A DNA stretch of 64,000 nt from Vairimorpha necatrix (taxonomy: Eukaryota). The notes under the pieces were generated by a model. That model ran no database searches. It worked only from the letters and a program-made list of their open reading frames with translations, and had not been told where the DNA came from. Position numbers and translations under genes: made by a program. Positions 60,694 to 64,000 of this stretch are shown here, piece by piece. The stretch lies in assembly GCA_036630325.1 (NCBI GenBank), contig CP142729.1, forward strand, positions 186,001 to 250,000, in the 5' to 3' direction. Position 1 is the first letter of the stretch. Every line of letters begins with the position of its first letter.

Positions 60694-63600
60694 AGATTTT
60701 TTTCTTGAAGAAAACTAAAACAAAAAATTCAAAAATATTGTTCTTTGTTGAGTATTATCTATTGTTTCTGTTTTTGGTTTAATTTCTTTTGCTGTTATGA
60801 TGTACTGAGTTTTAGAAAACCCATTTTTCTGTTAGAATGAAAACATGGGTTTTTTATTATTAACTTATCAAATCATCGACACACATATTTGAAATGTGTA
60901 GCTTTTCCTACAATTTAAAAATTTAATCTAAAGCTTGACTAAACTTTGATGTTGTAATTTATTGATTTTTACTATATCTCCAATCATTTATAGAGCAAGA
61001 TGCATCAAAATCTTCCTTTCCAGCATAATATTACAATAAAACCACTCTAAACTGATATTCTTCTTTTATAATTACAAATTAACGAAGTATTTTTATAATT
61101 TTTTTCGGAGAGTAAAAAAATAAGCGAGAAATGGTCAGTATATAAATTTAAAATCATCAAAGTGGTTAGAAAACCATAGATTAAAGATGAATGGCGCGTC
61201 TAATTGCCGTCTTTCTAAATTTTGCTGGTTGTCTTTCTAAAAGACCAGCATGGATTTTTTTTCTTTATTACTAACATAATTCATGTTGCAATTCAAGTCG
61301 ATATTTTGTCACTAATAATTCATAAATATTAGAAAAGACAATTTATTAGCCCTGTTTTATTTGTATATTACTTCTCTCGAAATTAGCAAGAAAATGAGTA
61401 GAGTCTTTTCTAAATCAACGGGTATTATAGTAGCAATACTTATAATTTCATATTTAGTTTTTCTGCTTATAAGACCTTTTTTTAATTCCATTCTTTAGAT
61501 ATTACGATATAGTTACATTCCAGTCAAAGTCTTCAAAAAACAGGACAAATTATGTAATGTTTTACTAGTATGCTTTTTATATGTTTTATTATGATTCAGA
61601 TTTTATTTGTCTTTTTTCTTCTTTTGCCTTTAAATTTTTTTTACTGAAATTAGAATTTAGTAGAATTTTTGTAATTTTTTCTCATGTCTATAGATAAAAA
61701 AAAGAATTATATCTCTTTAATGAAATTTAGATCCTCTTTTACTTCATGTTACATTGATTTTGTTTGGTTGAGATTGATAATGTGTCTTCAAAATCTCCAA
61801 GTTTGTTTACTATCATTTTTATAGTGTTTTTTTTAAATGTATTTTAACTTTAGTGGTCTTTTTTACACCAGAATTGTTCAGCTTTTAATACAAACAAAAA
61901 TAAAAGTGTTGGTTTTTTGCACAATATTAAAAAACAAAGTTTTAAATCACTTTCTAATTTAACACGATGGCATATGTCAAAACTAGCGCCGTGTTCAATA
62001 AACTACAGTCATAATTATTACCTACAGGTTATTTCCATAACTAATTTGGTAGAACAGATGTCCCGATGTCGTTCATGGGATTCAGATTTTCATAGCTATA
62101 AATCTAGCTTATTGTTTATGTATTAAGTTTTAGGCCGTTTGTTCAATACATATACCTCTTCTAAATATTTTGCGGGCTATTTACTGCACTCTATGTAATA
62201 TATTCTTCCTCTCCAGCATATTCCTGTGGCGACCCAAAAGATATTTAGTCTTTTTAAGCACAACCCATAAAATGGATGCTTCAATGAACATAGTCTTGTT
62301 TTTTGGTGTATTTTATGTGATATTTGGTAACCATTCTTTTAAATGTCAATACATAAAATACTATTTCTGTCAGATAAATGTAAATGCTCTTGGTAATATG
62401 ATTTTTACAATGTTAAGTCGATTAAAGTTATTAGTCCAACTTCAACTAAATTATTTCTTTTAACTCAAGAGTATCATATGATCATGTGCGATATTTATAT
62501 TTGTAGATACCTTCGTATCTCCTTTTATCTCCGCACGATCAATTTTCATAATTTTAATATCAGGTTCCCGCTTATCAATCAATACCATATTAAATACATA
62601 GTAAGAGTTGGAAGGTCTTAACTACCTCGTTGTATCTTTTCATAAAATCTTAGTTCCATTCGATCCCACTTGGTATCTAAATGATATACAGTCTTTATAT
62701 AAGATTCATAACGAAAATATGTTCAAAATTGTCCACAGAGAAACAAAAATTCATAAAATTTATTTTGAACTTGACGATTCTCTGATTTTTTTACATTTGA
62801 TGATCTACCCCAATTCAAAAGCTCAAGATATAAAAATATAAAGAAAAGATGTTTTCGGTAAATTTTACTGAAAACTAGTCTATCTAGAACCTTTTATTTC
62901 TCTGAGTTATAATAATTTTCGATAAAATTAACATGTCGTAGAAAGACAGTCTACACTAAATATCTACTCGCCAAACTCAGGACATCTTATTGCTTGTTTT
63001 AAAATTAAAACCTGATGCTAATTAAATGTGTGATATTTCTGAGCTCACACATATATTTACAAAAATGTATTTGACACAATAAAATGCATTAAAGAAAAAA
63101 AAACAATTATTAACAATGCAATAACTACTCTGTTCAATAAGACTAAACTATATAGAAGATGCATATTACATATCCCATACAGAACAAGATGCCAAATCTG
63201 AAATGCGTGATTTTGGGTTGTTTATAGCGTCAAACAGTTTTCTATAAATTACACAATTAAATTGTACCTTTTAAGGACAGGGCTAATTAAGAAATGTGTC
63301 TTATAAAATATTACTACAAAATTTATGTTTATAATCATACCTTTCTTTACTATGACTTTGTAAAATATGCTTTGACAAAGTTTGGCACATTTGTCAATAT
63401 TTAGGTATGAATACAGTATTTCTATCTTGTATATTTTTCTAACCCTGTGATTTTGAATTTAAGGAACGGATATTTGATTTGTAAACATTTTTCAGTTTTA
63501 AAAAGTCACTTATTATTTATCTGATTGAATTGATTCTTATATAAGAAAGCACAAATTTTTTCTTGAATATATCTCAAATGATATTTTTGTTTTAGTAAAT

Positions 63601-64000
63601 TTCTATTTGTTTATGCTCATTAAATTTTAAACATCTTTAAATTGCATGTTAAATTTCTTTTTGTTAATTTAAACACTGATCTAGAGTGGCTAGATGGTTT
63701 TCAAGTCTTTTATAAACTTGTCTTTCCCGATATACATCTAAATCTTCTCTCATTGGTCATTCAATTTATTTTCTCATTAAATTGACAATATCTATCTTGG
63801 CCTTGTTTTTTTTATTTTTCTCTACACTCAGTTATATTTTAAATTATAAATATTTCTGTTTTACTAGATTACATTCTACTTCTCTTTCTCATGATATCCT
63901 CTTTGTTTCTTTGTGTTTCATGTTTTTATTTGTCTTTTTTTTTATATTTATTTTTCTTTGATTATTTTTTTATACCATGATATCTCAAAACGAAAGAAAA

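Noticed and set aside
61100-61700. Decayed non-LTR reverse transcriptase
   Set aside because: Only faint motif echoes (DLEK..DSTH); too degraded to call.
1-64000. CRISPR array, rRNA, or alternative genetic code
   Set aside because: No regularly spaced repeat-spacer pattern or rRNA signature; conserved genes read through in the standard code.

Overview
Very AT-rich, gene-sparse eukaryotic window. It looks microsporidian by inference: short intronless reduced genes, a CCC motif just before most start codons, and Merlin plus Ty3/gypsy elements. A small housekeeping core (12.4-19.3 kb: minimal Dbp9/DDX56-like protein, threonyl-tRNA synthetase, N-terminal acetyltransferase, zinc-ribbon protein, HSF+receiver protein) and a TBC Rab-GAP sit among mobile elements and a decaying family of secreted/membrane proteins. 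The mobile elements are at least six Merlin copies, two or three integrase-only (Ginger-like) transposons, a young non-autonomous LTR element with identical LTRs, and four RLE-type non-LTR 3' fragments. Best candidate for an undescribed system: the Ginger-like transposons carry tRNA-geometry Pol III A/B-box units just inside their ends, and this arrangement recurs in a second, diverged family. Also notable: an LTR element with one ORF running from LTR to LTR, a helicase-dead mini-Dbp9, Merlin TIRs that contain the host start signal, and an unexplained ~230-nt multi-hairpin element. All family calls come from motif recognition by eye; no searches were run.
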